Shown here: piece after piece, positions 12,594 to 20,273 of the stretch
How positions within the stretch are numbered: the stretch's first letter is position 1
Layout: every line of letters begins with the position of its first letter
Virus record (IMG/VR): IMGVR_UViG_3300045988_007243
DNA: 64,000 nucleotides
Reading direction: 5' to 3' (one strand)
From: a virus
Lineage: Duplodnaviria > Heunggongvirae > Uroviricota > Caudoviricetes
Notes under the pieces: model-generated
What the model was told of the DNA's origin: nothing
What the model saw: only the letters and a program-made list of their open reading frames with translations
The model's database searches: none
Made by a program: the position numbers and the translations under genes

Positions 12594-14210
12594 TCAACGT
12601 CTAAGCCCCTCATATGGGTTTCCTCTCACTAAGTCTGTGTGAGCACCCATTGATGGTGGCTTGAATAATTTAACTTCGTTAAGACTGTTGAAAGCATCAC
12701 TGGTAGCATCCACTTGGTCATCTTTAGTTTTGCCATCACCACAAAAGCCTTCAAGCTCTTGAAAGTAAGCTTCATTCCAACTACCTCTCAAGACTTTTAC
12801 AAGTCCAGCTTCAGAAGCAGCAGAAAATCCCGCAAAGCGGGTAACTTTATCTTTATTTGTTGGTTTAGCTCTTGCTCGATAGCCTTTCTCGGCAAGTTTC
12901 CTGATGAGGGATGTTGCGTAGGATTTACCAGCAGCGCCTGGGTCTTGAGGGATAAAAATACCAGTTCGCTTACCGTCACTTTCAGCAGTCAAATTAATTT
13001 GTGTTTCGACTCCAGAGGGTCTATCTCTAAATCTTACTACATCAATGATATAATAGCAACCGTCTTTTTTAGATTTACCCATCTTAACACCTGCTGTCCA
13101 GTCTGGATTAGGGTTAACCTCAGATGGTAAAGTTGCTGCTAAGTCCCATGCTCTAACATCAAATACATCTTCTGGGAGTGAATCAACAATTTCACACCAT
13201 TGTCTTTGCCAATAGTTTGAACCTTCTGCACGAGCCTTCCAGTTACCGAAACGAAGTCTTGCAACGTTTACAGAAGTGTTGTTTTCAAGCTTACCGCGAT
13301 ACTTTGGTTCTAAGAAGTCAAGAATTGGGTTATCATCAATCGTACCAGAGATGAAGGTGTATGTTTGAGGAATCTCAAGAGGGAACATTTCAAGAATCTT
13401 GTCTCTCTCCCAATCAGAAACCATCACACCATCGTTCATTACATACCAACGAATACGACCACACTTTTCAGGGTCTGGATAACCTTCTTCATCTAAGAAT
13501 GGTTCTACCCAATCATAAATAAAATGGTCTCTGTCTGGGTTCATGGAAATCTTCATGTATGAATCACCTTCAGCACCAGAACGTAGACGGGTTTGTAGGT
13601 ATGAAATCTGTGAAGCAGAGAAGTGTGTACCTTCGTCAAAGTAAATAGCTGAGTATTCAATACCCTGATGACCTTCAGCGTGCTTTTCAAGTTCTAAGTA
13701 GGTGAACTTAATAGTTGCCCCAGAAGGGAATGTGATAGTCATCTTCTGCTCGTGAGGAACCCCACCAAACTTACCAAATAGTTTCTTTGCAGCAGGCCAC
13801 AAACCACCTTGTAACTGTGTTGTATTTCGACGGAAATATACAGCATTATAGTTAGGGTCTTCAATAAACCTTAAAGAGTCCATTAACAATGCGGCAGTTT
13901 TACCAGCACCAGCAGCACCACCATAGAGAACCAAGTCAGCATTAGTATTTAAAAAGACCTCTTGAGAACCCGGTTGAGGGGCTACATAGTTCTTATCAGT
14001 CATCAATTTAAAGATAAGGCGAACTTGGTCTGGTGTGTATCTTAATAAAGTCAGAATTTGAGTTGGAAGGAATTTAGAGGGGTCTTTACCGAATGATTTG
14101 ATAATTTCTTTTACTTCATCAGAAAGCCCCAACTCTCCAGCTAGGACTTTCCTAACATCTTCCACTCGCTTCTGCTTAACAGCATTTAAGTCCATTAAGC
14201 GCCTCCGCAA
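12594..14210 (-). CDS. terminase large subunit
   Basis: 538 aa; Walker A (LYGGAAGAGKT) and Walker B (AIYFDEG) motifs, C-terminal nuclease-like region. Confidence 0.85.
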   Translation of the reverse strand: MRRRLMDLNAVKQKRVEDVRKVLAGELGLSDEVKEIIKSFGKDPSKFLPTQILTLLRYTPDQVRLIFKLMTDKNYVAPQPGSQEVFLNTNADLVLYGGAAGAGKTAALLMDSLRFIEDPNYNAVYFRRNTTQLQGGLWPAAKKLFGKFGGVPHEQKMTITFPSGATIKFTYLELEKHAEGHQGIEYSAIYFDEGTHFSASQISYLQTRLRSGAEGDSYMKISMNPDRDHFIYDWVEPFLDEEGYPDPEKCGRIRWYVMNDGVMVSDWERDKILEMFPLEIPQTYTFISGTIDDNPILDFLEPKYRGKLENNTSVNVARLRFGNWKARAEGSNYWQRQWCEIVDSLPEDVFDVRAWDLAATLPSEVNPNPDWTAGVKMGKSKKDGCYYIIDVVRFRDRPSGVETQINLTAESDGKRTGIFIPQDPGAAGKSYATSLIRKLAEKGYRARAKPTNKDKVTRFAGFSAASEAGLVKVLRGSWNEAYFQELEGFCGDGKTKDDQVDATSDAFNSLNEVKLFKPPSMGAHTDLVRGNPYEGLRR

Positions 14211-14216
14211 ATAGAA

Positions 14217-14417
14217 TTATTCAGAGTCTGTAGCAGTCTCTTCTTTCTTAACTTCGAACTTTGCATCAACAGCATCAAGAAGTGCATCCATAGATGCTTC
14301 TTTAATATCAATACCTGTTGCTACAGATAATCTATCTGCAATTGCCATGATAGTATTCTGCATAAACTCTAACTTCTTGTTAGCTTCATAAAGTTCTTTA
14401 TAAACGTTCTCGCTCAT
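14217..14417 (-). CDS. small protein upstream of terminase (possible small terminase subunit or hypothetical)
   Basis: 66 aa ORF with GGAGAAAAC RBS before ATG, directly upstream of large terminase. Confidence 0.3.
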   Translation of the reverse strand: MSENVYKELYEANKKLEFMQNTIMAIADRLSVATGIDIKEASMDALLDAVDAKFEVKKEETATDSE

Positions 14418-14452
14418 TATGTTTTCTCCAAATAATTAATCTTGTTTCCCCT

Positions 14453-14480
14453 TAAAAAAGACGGCACAGAGACCGTCAAG
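14453..14480 (-). terminator. intrinsic terminator separating tRNA array from late operon
   Basis: Minus-strand RNA: GACGGTCTCTGTGCCGTC hairpin followed by TTTTTTAAGGGG. Confidence 0.5.
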
Positions 14481-14638
14481 GAGAAACCACAATGTACGTC
14501 AGAGACATACTGTATAAGTCTTCCTATAAAGTATAACTCTGTAAAAAAGCCCTGTCTAAAAATACTCTTCGGTAGCGAAAGGAAGAATACTTATAGCAGG
14601 GCATTATTATTATTTTAATTGAGAGAGAGTAAAATAAC

Positions 14639-14714
14639 TTGGAGAATCCGAAGGGACTCGAACCCTTATAAACCTGTTTTGCAGACAGGCACATAGCCAT
14701 TTCTGTCACGGATT
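14639..14714 (-). tRNA. tRNA-Cys (GCA)
   Basis: Hand-folded cloverleaf: CCA encoded, 7-bp acceptor, T-loop ACTCGAA(rc), anticodon loop gives GCA. Confidence 0.7.
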
Positions 14715-14718
14715 CAAA

Positions 14719-14811
14719 TTGGAGGAAGATACCAGACTTGAACTGGTACACCGATTTCTCAGCTACTGGCAGTTTAGCAAACTGCTCCCTTACCTTTTAG
14801 GGTTAATCTTC
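14719..14811 (-). tRNA. tRNA-Ser (GCU), long variable arm
   Basis: Perfect acceptor pairing (ggaagat/atcttcc), canonical T-arm, 21-nt variable arm, anticodon loop gives GCU. Confidence 0.7.
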
Positions 14812-14813
14812 CA

Positions 14814-15548
14814 TTATTTCTGTAATGCGTTCTTCATTTCTGGTGTTGCAATAGCATCAATTACACCAGTTTTACAAGCATCATCAAACCAGTCTGGTAA
14901 GATACCTGCTAAGAACCCATTGATATTCGTTTTAAGGTACTCTGCAATAAGGGCAGCTTCTTCTTCAATCATCTGCACAACTTCATCTGCATAAGCTGTA
15001 ATCTTCGAGATACCTTCATTAATCTTACTAACAGCTTGGTTAGCTAAATCAGAAATAGTATCAAGACCTTTGTCAATAGCGTCTTGTAAATCACTTAATA
15101 CATCATTAACACCGTCTAGTGCACTGTTAATCGTATCAATAGCTTTTTGACCATACTCTGTAGCAACACCCATAATACCACTAAATGGTGTACAGCCAAC
15201 TTGTTCACCTGCTGCACCCATAACATTAGAATAACCTTTTGCTACCTGCATACGTGATGAAAACTCATCAATGGACTTTTGACCGTAATCTGTCAGTGTT
15301 TTGGTAGTTGATGTAGTGCTTGTCAGACTCGTGGTAAAGCTGTTAAGCAGAACTGTTGTAAGTCCAGCAGCAACAAGCTTATCTTTTACTGTAGGGTCTG
15401 ATACAGAACTAATAGAGCTTACAAGTGATGTAGAGGCAGCTACGGTTCCACCGAGAACTGCTGCACCAGTAATAAGGGGGTTAGAAAACCCTTTACCAGT
15501 TTTTAAGAGATTAAAAATCTCCTTACCTTGTTCTGTCATCTCTTTCAT
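14814..15548 (-). CDS. hypothetical protein embedded in tRNA array
   Basis: ORF-track start at 15611 overlaps a tRNA; start moved to internal ATG (MKEMTEQ...) with AAAGG RBS. Confidence 0.4.
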   Translation of the reverse strand: MKEMTEQGKEIFNLLKTGKGFSNPLITGAAVLGGTVAASTSLVSSISSVSDPTVKDKLVAAGLTTVLLNSFTTSLTSTTSTTKTLTDYGQKSIDEFSSRMQVAKGYSNVMGAAGEQVGCTPFSGIMGVATEYGQKAIDTINSALDGVNDVLSDLQDAIDKGLDTISDLANQAVSKINEGISKITAYADEVVQMIEEEAALIAEYLKTNINGFLAGILPDWFDDACKTGVIDAIATPEMKNALQK

Positions 15549-15566
15549 TAAGCACCTTTGAAATTG

Positions 15567-15641
15567 GTAGTCCAGTGGGATTTGAACCCTCTTCTCATGT
15601 TTTTCAGACACGCGCTTTAACCATATAAGCTACTTGGACTA
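15567..15641 (-). tRNA. tRNA-Phe (GAA), tentative
   Basis: Acceptor tagtcca/tggacta pairs perfectly, T-loop ATTTGAA(rc), anticodon loop gives GAA; T-stem and D-arm imperfect. Confidence 0.45.
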
Positions 15642-15646
15642 TAAAT

Positions 15647-15722
15647 TGGGGTGACCTACGGGATTTGAACCCGTATAGACCATGTTCACAGCATGGGTCA
15701 TTACCATTTATGATAAGGCCAC
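15647..15722 (-). tRNA. tRNA-His (GUG)
   Basis: Perfect T-stem and anticodon stem, loop gives GUG, discriminator C73 as expected for His. Confidence 0.65.
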
Positions 15723-15753
15723 ATTTAAGGACTCTCGTAAGAATCCTTAGAAG

Positions 15754-15829
15754 TGGCAGCGGCATAAGGATTTGAACCTTAATAAGACAGCTTCAGAGAC
15801 TGCTGCATTGCCAGTTATGCTATACCGCT
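15754..15829 (-). tRNA. tRNA-Gln (CUG)
   Basis: CCA encoded, canonical T-arm, anticodon stem with two G-U pairs, loop gives CUG. Confidence 0.55.
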
Positions 15830-15834
15830 AAATT

Positions 15835-15913
15835 TGGTACTCCATATCGGATTCGAACCGATACATAACACAGATTTTAAGTCTGGCCTCTCTGCCAATT
15901 GGAGTAATGGAGC
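15835..15913 (-). tRNA. tRNA with Leu anticodon UAA, short variable arm
   Basis: CCA encoded, A73, canonical T-arm, anticodon loop CUUAAAA; only 6-7 nt between T and anticodon arms. Confidence 0.5.
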
Positions 15914-15915
15914 AT

Positions 15916-15991
15916 TGGCGGGGGATGTTGGAATTGAACCAACTTCTTCGATTTCAAAGACCGAGGTTTTAACCTTGTAAACTAATCCCCT
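15916..15991 (-). tRNA. tRNA-Gln (UUG)
   Basis: CCA encoded, perfect T-stem and D-stem, anticodon loop gives UUG; position 1-72 unpaired. Confidence 0.55.
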
Positions 15992-15999
15992 TTAAATCT

Positions 16000-16557
16000 T
16001 TACTTTCTCAGTGGATGAATAAAGAATGCCAACATAACTCTTTCCCTTGAGAATGCTCTTTCTTCTGGGACAACACTTTTTAGTTTCCATCCAATATAAA
16101 TTCTCCAGTAAAATTGTTTACCAAAGATTTTAATTGATGGGATAAAAGCGAATAACCCCCAAGCATTACTGTTCCACATTAGGAGATAACCAGTCTGATT
16201 ATCTTCAGGGTCAGAACTTACGTTGATATTACCTTTCCACTTAGTAACATCTTTTACATCTCTTCCTAATACATGGTAAGAGAAGTTATAAGCTTTGTTT
16301 CTCCAGAGCCATCCGACTCTCTGCATATAGACACCAAGCTTACCAATCTTTCTAATCTTAGCCCATCGTTTGATATGACCTGCATCACCATCAATTGGGT
16401 TGTCATAAGTCTCCATCCATCTGAACCCGAAAGGCAAGTGTCCTTTCTTCTCACTGTAGAATGGAACTACAAAAGGTGCTAAGATAACTGCTAAGATTGC
16501 TGCAAATGGCTCTAACAAAGCTAAGAAAATCCATGAAGCATACTTTAAGTATCTCAT
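16000..16557 (-). CDS. membrane protein (hypothetical)
   Basis: 185 aa, hydrophobic N-terminal segment; lies between tRNA sub-clusters. Confidence 0.4.
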   Translation of the reverse strand: MRYLKYASWIFLALLEPFAAILAVILAPFVVPFYSEKKGHLPFGFRWMETYDNPIDGDAGHIKRWAKIRKIGKLGVYMQRVGWLWRNKAYNFSYHVLGRDVKDVTKWKGNINVSSDPEDNQTGYLLMWNSNAWGLFAFIPSIKIFGKQFYWRIYIGWKLKSVVPEERAFSRERVMLAFFIHPLRK

Positions 16558-16796
16558 TGTCTAATCCTCGTAAGGAGGTAAATGTTATTATTCGTTTCTA
16601 AACCTTCTGGTAAAACTGTCTCAAAAATAACACTCTTCAGATGTCTACCACCAAAACAATCACGTATAAATCTTTCTACTCTAGCGGGGTCACATAAGTA
16701 TCCCACTTTTAAGAAAATGTGGTGTTCAACACCAATGACCCTGACAAACTCAATACTCTCACAGTTTTCATGTTCAACTACTGTTAATGTTTGCAT
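16554..16796 (-). CDS. hypothetical protein
   Basis: 80 aa ORF between tRNA sub-clusters. Confidence 0.35.
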   Translation of the reverse strand: MQTLTVVEHENCESIEFVRVIGVEHHIFLKVGYLCDPARVERFIRDCFGGRHLKSVIFETVLPEGLETNNNIYLLTRIRQ

Positions 16797-16814
16797 AGTA
16801 TCACCTTTTTATCT

Positions 16815-16890
16815 GGCGCAGGATAAGGGATTCGAACCCCTATTAACAGCTTCGTAGACTGTTGCTCTTTCCATTTGAACTAATCCTGCA
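16815..16890 (-). tRNA. tRNA-Arg (ACG)
   Basis: CCA encoded, perfect acceptor pairing gcaggat/atcctgc, anticodon loop gives ACG. Confidence 0.65.
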
Positions 16891-16895
16891 AAATT

Positions 16896-16973
16896 GGTGT
16901 TCCAAGACGGATTCGAACCGTCACTAATACAAGGTTTGAGCTTGCATCCTCTGCCAATTGGGATACTGGAACA
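16896..16973 (-). tRNA. tRNA with Leu anticodon CAA, short variable arm
   Basis: CCA encoded, A73, perfect T-arm, anticodon loop CUCAAAC; scaffold paralogous to 15835-15913 and 17476-17552. Confidence 0.5.
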
Positions 16974-16974
16974 T

Positions 16975-17049
16975 GGTACTCACTAAAGGACTTGAACCTT
17001 TTTCTTCATCTTGTAAGGGTGATGTTTTACCATATAAACTAAGCGAGTA
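16975..17049 (-). tRNA. tRNA-Val (UAC)
   Basis: CCA encoded, perfect T-stem and D-stem, anticodon loop gives UAC (one stem mismatch). Confidence 0.55.
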
Positions 17050-17054
17050 TGAAA

Positions 17055-17141
17055 GAGGTCTGAAGTTGTGCCGCTAACTCAACTCCGTGGAATTTGTTAC
17101 GGTCTTCAGTTGACTCAAAGCGGTCTTTCACTTGACCTCTG
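17055..17141 (-). other. tRNA-sized structured element without canonical T-loop
   Basis: 87-nt interval in a tRNA-sized gap with perfectly paired 7-nt termini (agaggtc/gacctct) and internal ctgaag/cttcag repeat, but no GTTCRANY T-loop. Confidence 0.3.
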
Positions 17142-17145
17142 AATT

Positions 17146-17222
17146 GGTGCTGCTCACAGGACTTGAACCCGCATCTCCATCCTTACAAGGGATGTGTAAT
17201 AGCCAATTATACGAAAGCAGCA
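17146..17222 (-). tRNA. tRNA-Thr (UGU)
   Basis: CCA encoded, perfect anticodon stem catcc/ggatg, loop gives UGU. Confidence 0.6.
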
Positions 17223-17229
17223 TTAATTT

Positions 17230-17304
17230 GGAGCATCCAGAGGGAATCGAACCCTCAACCTCAGTTTGGAAGACTGTAATTTTCCCGTTTAAACTATGGA
17301 TGCA
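17230..17304 (-). tRNA. tRNA-Gly (UCC)
   Basis: Perfect acceptor gcatcca/tggatgc, perfect T-stem, U73, anticodon loop gives UCC. Confidence 0.65.
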
Positions 17305-17310
17305 CTAATT

Positions 17311-17386
17311 GGTGGAGAAGCAGGGAATTGAACCCTGTACTTAAGTTTGCAAAACTTATGTTTTAACCATGTAAACTACATCCCCA
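17311..17386 (-). tRNA. tRNA-Ala (UGC)
   Basis: Perfect T-, anticodon- and D-stems; anticodon UGC; G3-U70 wobble and A73 (Ala identity elements) present. Confidence 0.7.
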
Positions 17387-17392
17387 ATGTTT

Positions 17393-17468
17393 GGTACAGG
17401 TGGAGGGAATTGAACCCATCATCTTACTGATTAAGAGTCAGCCGCATAACCATTTTGCTACACCTGCA
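17393..17468 (-). tRNA. tRNA-Lys (CUU)
   Basis: CCA encoded, anticodon hairpin actga/tcagc with loop giving CUU; scaffold paralogous to 19090-19165. Confidence 0.55.
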
Positions 17469-17475
17469 TTAATTT

Positions 17476-17552
17476 GGTACACCTAGAGAGATTCGAACTC
17501 ACACTGAGCAGATTCTAAGTCTGCTGCCTCTACCAGTTGGGCTATAGGTGCA
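17476..17552 (-). tRNA. tRNA with Leu anticodon UAG, short variable arm
   Basis: CCA encoded, A73, perfect anticodon stem gcaga/tctgc, loop gives UAG; 5-nt variable region. Confidence 0.5.
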
Positions 17553-18005
17553 TTAAATCAAATGTCTTGAGAATTGACTGTGGCAATTTGGACACAAGAA
17601 CCGAAGATTCTCTTTTCTATCATCTAACCAGTTCTCGTTAATGTGGTCAACATCAAGAGTTAGAGGGTTATCCAACCAATACGGTAACTGACCACATTTA
17701 GAGCATTTGTATTCGACACCAGAGGCTATTAAAGCTCTTCTTAGTTGTGAAGACCTAGCTCTTTCACCAGATTCACGTAGAATTAGTATTTCTTCAGGCT
17801 TTCTTTTTGGTACAGTTTTAATCTTACCAGCCTTTTGTCCGAGGAAATGAGAAGTGTCTATTTCAAACTTCTCTATAACACGCTTTAGATGTGACTGAGA
17901 ACCACCTGCTGGTTTTCTCCCAAGCTTAATAAGTACTTCTCTGAATGATACTGAATCCTTTACTAAAGGCTCAAGAATATCTTTAGTCAAACTGCTACGT
18001 GCCAT
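17553..18005 (-). CDS. HNH homing endonuclease
   Basis: 150 aa; C-terminal HNH motif (LDVDHINENWLDDRKENLRFLCPNCH); free-standing inside tRNA array. Confidence 0.75.
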   Translation of the reverse strand: MARSSLTKDILEPLVKDSVSFREVLIKLGRKPAGGSQSHLKRVIEKFEIDTSHFLGQKAGKIKTVPKRKPEEILILRESGERARSSQLRRALIASGVEYKCSKCGQLPYWLDNPLTLDVDHINENWLDDRKENLRFLCPNCHSQFSRHLI

Positions 18006-18097
18006 GTGTCAATCTCCCATTAAACCTTTTTAGAGAACTTCTAAGAACCTAAGCAACAAGGTTCCACAACAAGCTGTAATAACCTTAGAAGCCCTCT

Positions 18098-18122
18098 AAA
18101 AAGACCTAAAAAGGTCTTTGCA
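18098..18122 (-). terminator. possible intrinsic terminator/hairpin
   Basis: AGACC-N5-GGTCT hairpin followed by a short U-tract on the minus strand. Confidence 0.3.
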
Positions 18123-18274
18123 TAGTCTTGTTTAATCTGGTGACTAGAACCTTTGGAGAGCTTGATATTATCTCTTCTCCGTGACACCTACTAGGTGCTT
18201 TATCAGTGTGTACGACAACACGAGGGATAAACCGAAAATGCGAGCAAGCATGGACGGTGTAAAATCTTATTAGG

Positions 18275-18362
18275 CGGTAAGTAAAGGAGTCGAACCCTCA
18301 CCGTATCTCTACAGTGGCAACAGTTTTCAAGACTGTTTGGCTGCCATTAGCCGCTACCTACC
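18275..18362 (-). tRNA. tRNA-Ser (UGA), long variable arm
   Basis: Perfect anticodon stem acagt/actgt, loop gives UGA, 20-nt variable arm; CCA not encoded. Confidence 0.6.
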
Positions 18363-18375
18363 CCTAATAAGACTT

Positions 18376-18458
18376 TGGCATGGGACGGAGGAGTTGAACC
18401 CCTTTGAAACGGTTTTGGAGGCCGTTGCTCATGCCTTAGAGTCTTAACATCGTCCCAT
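18376..18458 (-). tRNA. tRNA, identity unresolved (possibly Trp CCA)
   Basis: CCA encoded, perfect acceptor atgggac/gtcccat, canonical T-loop; internal fold ambiguous, about 7 nt longer than class I. Confidence 0.4.
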
Positions 18459-18601
18459 ACTATAATTCGAAGCTCACCGTATTATCTCAACACTGTAAAG
18501 CCCCTTCTCAGATTATTTACATGTTCTGGAAAACATGAGATACAGACCACCTCCCTACAGGAAGACCCGCTTAGGTCGTCTAAGTAATCTGCTAACTAAA
18601 T

Positions 18602-18683
18602 TGGTCGAGGCGGCAGGACTCGAACCCGCATACTCCACTTACTCGGTTAACGGCGGTTTAGAAGACCGCTGAGATACGCCCCG
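18602..18683 (-). tRNA. atypical tRNA-like gene (anticodon hairpin reads UCU, Arg)
   Basis: CCA encoded, acceptor and T-arm canonical, perfect 5-bp hairpin with loop UCU, but no room for a normal D-arm. Confidence 0.35.
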
Positions 18684-18931
18684 TAATTATCTTTAAAGAC
18701 TCTCTTAGAAAGCCCTTAAAGATGCCCACCTTATTAATCATACCGTGGGCGAGTACGCCAAATTCTTTGATGAGGGATTGGAAGACCTCACTGGTGTTTA
18801 GCCTATCAAGCTACTGCCAGAAAAACATTGTCGTTTGCATTTATTTTAAATTTGCAAAATAGACGCTACGCAACGAAAACTAAGGTTAGTATAAAGTAGT
18901 CACATCTCAATGTCAACAACTTTATTGAAAT

Positions 18932-19007
18932 TGGTACTGGTAGGTGGAATCGAACCACCGATGTTCCCTTATCAGGGGAGTGTTATAACCTTCTTAACTA
19001 TACCAGC
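18932..19007 (-). tRNA. tRNA-Ile (GAU)
   Basis: Perfect T-stem ggtgg/ccacc, perfect D-stem, anticodon loop gives GAU. Confidence 0.6.
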
Positions 19008-19008
19008 T

Positions 19009-19085
19009 TGGAGGTTCAGATGGGAATCGAACCCACATTCATAGGGCTTATGAGACCCTTGCATTACCTTATCTGCGACTGAACC
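19009..19085 (-). tRNA. tRNA-Met (CAU) (or lysidine Ile)
   Basis: Perfect acceptor ggttcag/ctgaacc, anticodon stem with GGG/CCC, loop gives CAU. Confidence 0.6.
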
Positions 19086-19089
19086 ATAT

Positions 19090-19165
19090 TGGTAGAAGTG
19101 GAGGGATTCGAACCCATCGCCTGTCAGATTAAAAGTCTGCCGCATCACCATTCTGCTACACTTCC
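19090..19165 (-). tRNA. tRNA-Lys (UUU)
   Basis: CCA encoded, anticodon loop TTAAAAG(rc) gives UUU. Confidence 0.55.
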
Positions 19166-19170
19166 ATTAA

Positions 19171-19312
19171 ATTATCTTTGTAGATAAGCTACCCAGACTT
19201 GCTTAAGGTCTGTAGCGATGTGCCTTTTTGGGTTTAAATCTAGAATTTACCCTTTCACCCTTTGTGGTCGCATACTCACAGGTAAGCTTAATAACTTATC
19301 TACAAAGATAAT
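19171..19312. repeat. 18-bp perfect inverted repeat pair flanking a 106-bp spacer
   Basis: attatctttgtagataag at 19171-19188 is the exact reverse complement of cttatctacaaagataat at 19295-19312. Confidence 0.6.
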
Positions 19313-19365
19313 TACCAGACCGTTGTTTATCATCTTAAGTGCTACCATTACACCAACTCGACATC

Positions 19366-19390
19366 TGCCGAGTGAAGGAATCGAACCTTC
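19366..19390 (-). pseudogene. tRNA 3' fragment (acceptor + T-arm only)
   Basis: gccgagt + gaagg-AATCGAA-ccttc matches a tRNA 3' half but no matching 5' half follows. Confidence 0.35.
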
Positions 19391-19424
19391 GCCTTTTCTT
19401 TACCGAGAAATAGATTGTTTAAGT

Positions 19425-19452
19425 TTTGCTGTAAACGGTCTTCTGTAAATTT
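19425..19452. repeat. 28-bp repeat tttgctgtaaacggtcttctgtaaattt, copy 1
   Basis: Identical 28-mer at 19993-20020; diverged copies at 19512-19536 and 20161-20187. Confidence 0.6.
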
Positions 19453-19619
19453 GTTGAGCCAGACCAAGTTTTAAATTTTTCAAAATTAAATTGGCTTGAA
19501 ATTTTAAGTAACTTGCTGAATTTGGTCTTCTGCTCCTTTAAAGAATACTCGTAAGAACCCTTTAAGGGAGGGGCTAAATAGCCCTCTCAAAACATCATTT
19601 TGAAATACTTATTATAAGT

Positions 19620-19696
19620 TGGCGGCTACGATGAGACTTGAACTCACATCATCTCCCGTGACAGGGGAGTATTTTCTCCAGTTAAACTACATAGCC
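19620..19696 (-). tRNA. tRNA-Asp (GUC)
   Basis: CCA encoded, perfect anticodon stem ctccc/gggag, loop gives GUC. Confidence 0.65.
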
Positions 19697-19701
19697 TTTA
19701 T

Positions 19702-19789
19702 TGGTGTGCCGTGTAGGAGTCGAACCTACCGAGTCTCAATGACAAGGGATTTACAGTCCCCACCGCTACCATCTACGGGATAACGACAC
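19702..19789 (-). tRNA. tRNA-Tyr (GUA), long variable arm
   Basis: Perfect T-stem, anticodon loop gives GUA, about 15-nt variable arm. Confidence 0.6.
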
Positions 19790-19801
19790 ATTTTAATTTA
19801 T

Positions 19802-19857
19802 ATTCAGGATAAGGACTTGCACCTTACAAATCGGTGAGCAATCGCTTCTCTCCTAAA
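19802..19857 (-). pseudogene. truncated tRNA-like element (56 nt)
   Basis: Acceptor-like ends pair, perfect T-stem taagg/cctta around a mutated T-loop ACTTGCA; too short for a tRNA. Confidence 0.3.
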
Positions 19858-19859
19858 TT

Positions 19860-19936
19860 TGGCGGTTAGTCAGGGATTCGAACCCTGTGCCATTCGCTTA
19901 ACAGGCGACCGCACATACCTTATGTGCTTCCTAACC
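19860..19936 (-). tRNA. tRNA-Asn (GUU)
   Basis: Perfect T-stem caggg/ccctg, D-stem gcac/gtgc, anticodon loop gives GUU. Confidence 0.55.
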
Positions 19937-19992
19937 ATGTTTAGTATTACCAGACCGTATCTTTCAATTTTTTCCGCTAAAAATTTCATTAA

Positions 19993-20020
19993 ATTTGCTG
20001 TAAACGGTCTTCTGTAAATT
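19993..20020. repeat. 28-bp repeat tttgctgtaaacggtcttctgtaaattt, copy 2
   Basis: Identical to 19425-19452; abuts the 3' end of the tRNA at 20020-20096. Confidence 0.6.
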
Positions 20021-20096
20021 TGGAGGCGGGTGAAGGAGTCGAACCTGCCGATACCATGCTAATGAGACATGTGAGACGCCCTTTCTCTATACCCGC
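20020..20096 (-). tRNA. tRNA-Met/Ile2 (CAU), second CAU species
   Basis: CCA encoded, anticodon stem catgc/acatg, loop gives CAU; position 1-72 unpaired. Confidence 0.5.
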
Positions 20097-20188
20097 AATT
20101 CTTAATGACCAGACCAAATCTCTTCTTTGTCCGATTTACCTTCAGATGAATAAGATTAAGTTTGCTGTAATTGGTCTTCTGTCAAAAC

Positions 20189-20266
20189 TGGCGTTCCAGA
20201 AGGGATTTGAACCCTCAAATATCCACTTTGAAAGAGTGGTGACTATACCATTTTGTCTACTGGAAC
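20189..20266 (-). tRNA. tRNA-Glu (UUC)
   Basis: Perfect acceptor gttccag/ctggaac, perfect anticodon stem ccact/agtgg, loop gives UUC. Confidence 0.65.
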
Positions 20267-20273
20267 ATTAATT

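Noticed and set aside
19565-19592. GC-rich hairpin gggaggggc-taaata-gccctctc in the tRNA region as a terminator.
   Set aside because: Stem is imperfect and no U-tract follows on either strand; left unassigned.
14719-20271. ORF-track entries overlapping tRNA genes (14719-14994, 15301-15561, 16273-16482, 16582-16857, 19218-19448, 20020-20271) and the 15549-15611 N-terminal extension of the 14814 ORF.
   Set aside because: They run through hand-folded tRNA cloverleaves; tRNA acceptor and T-arm sequences generate spurious reading frames.
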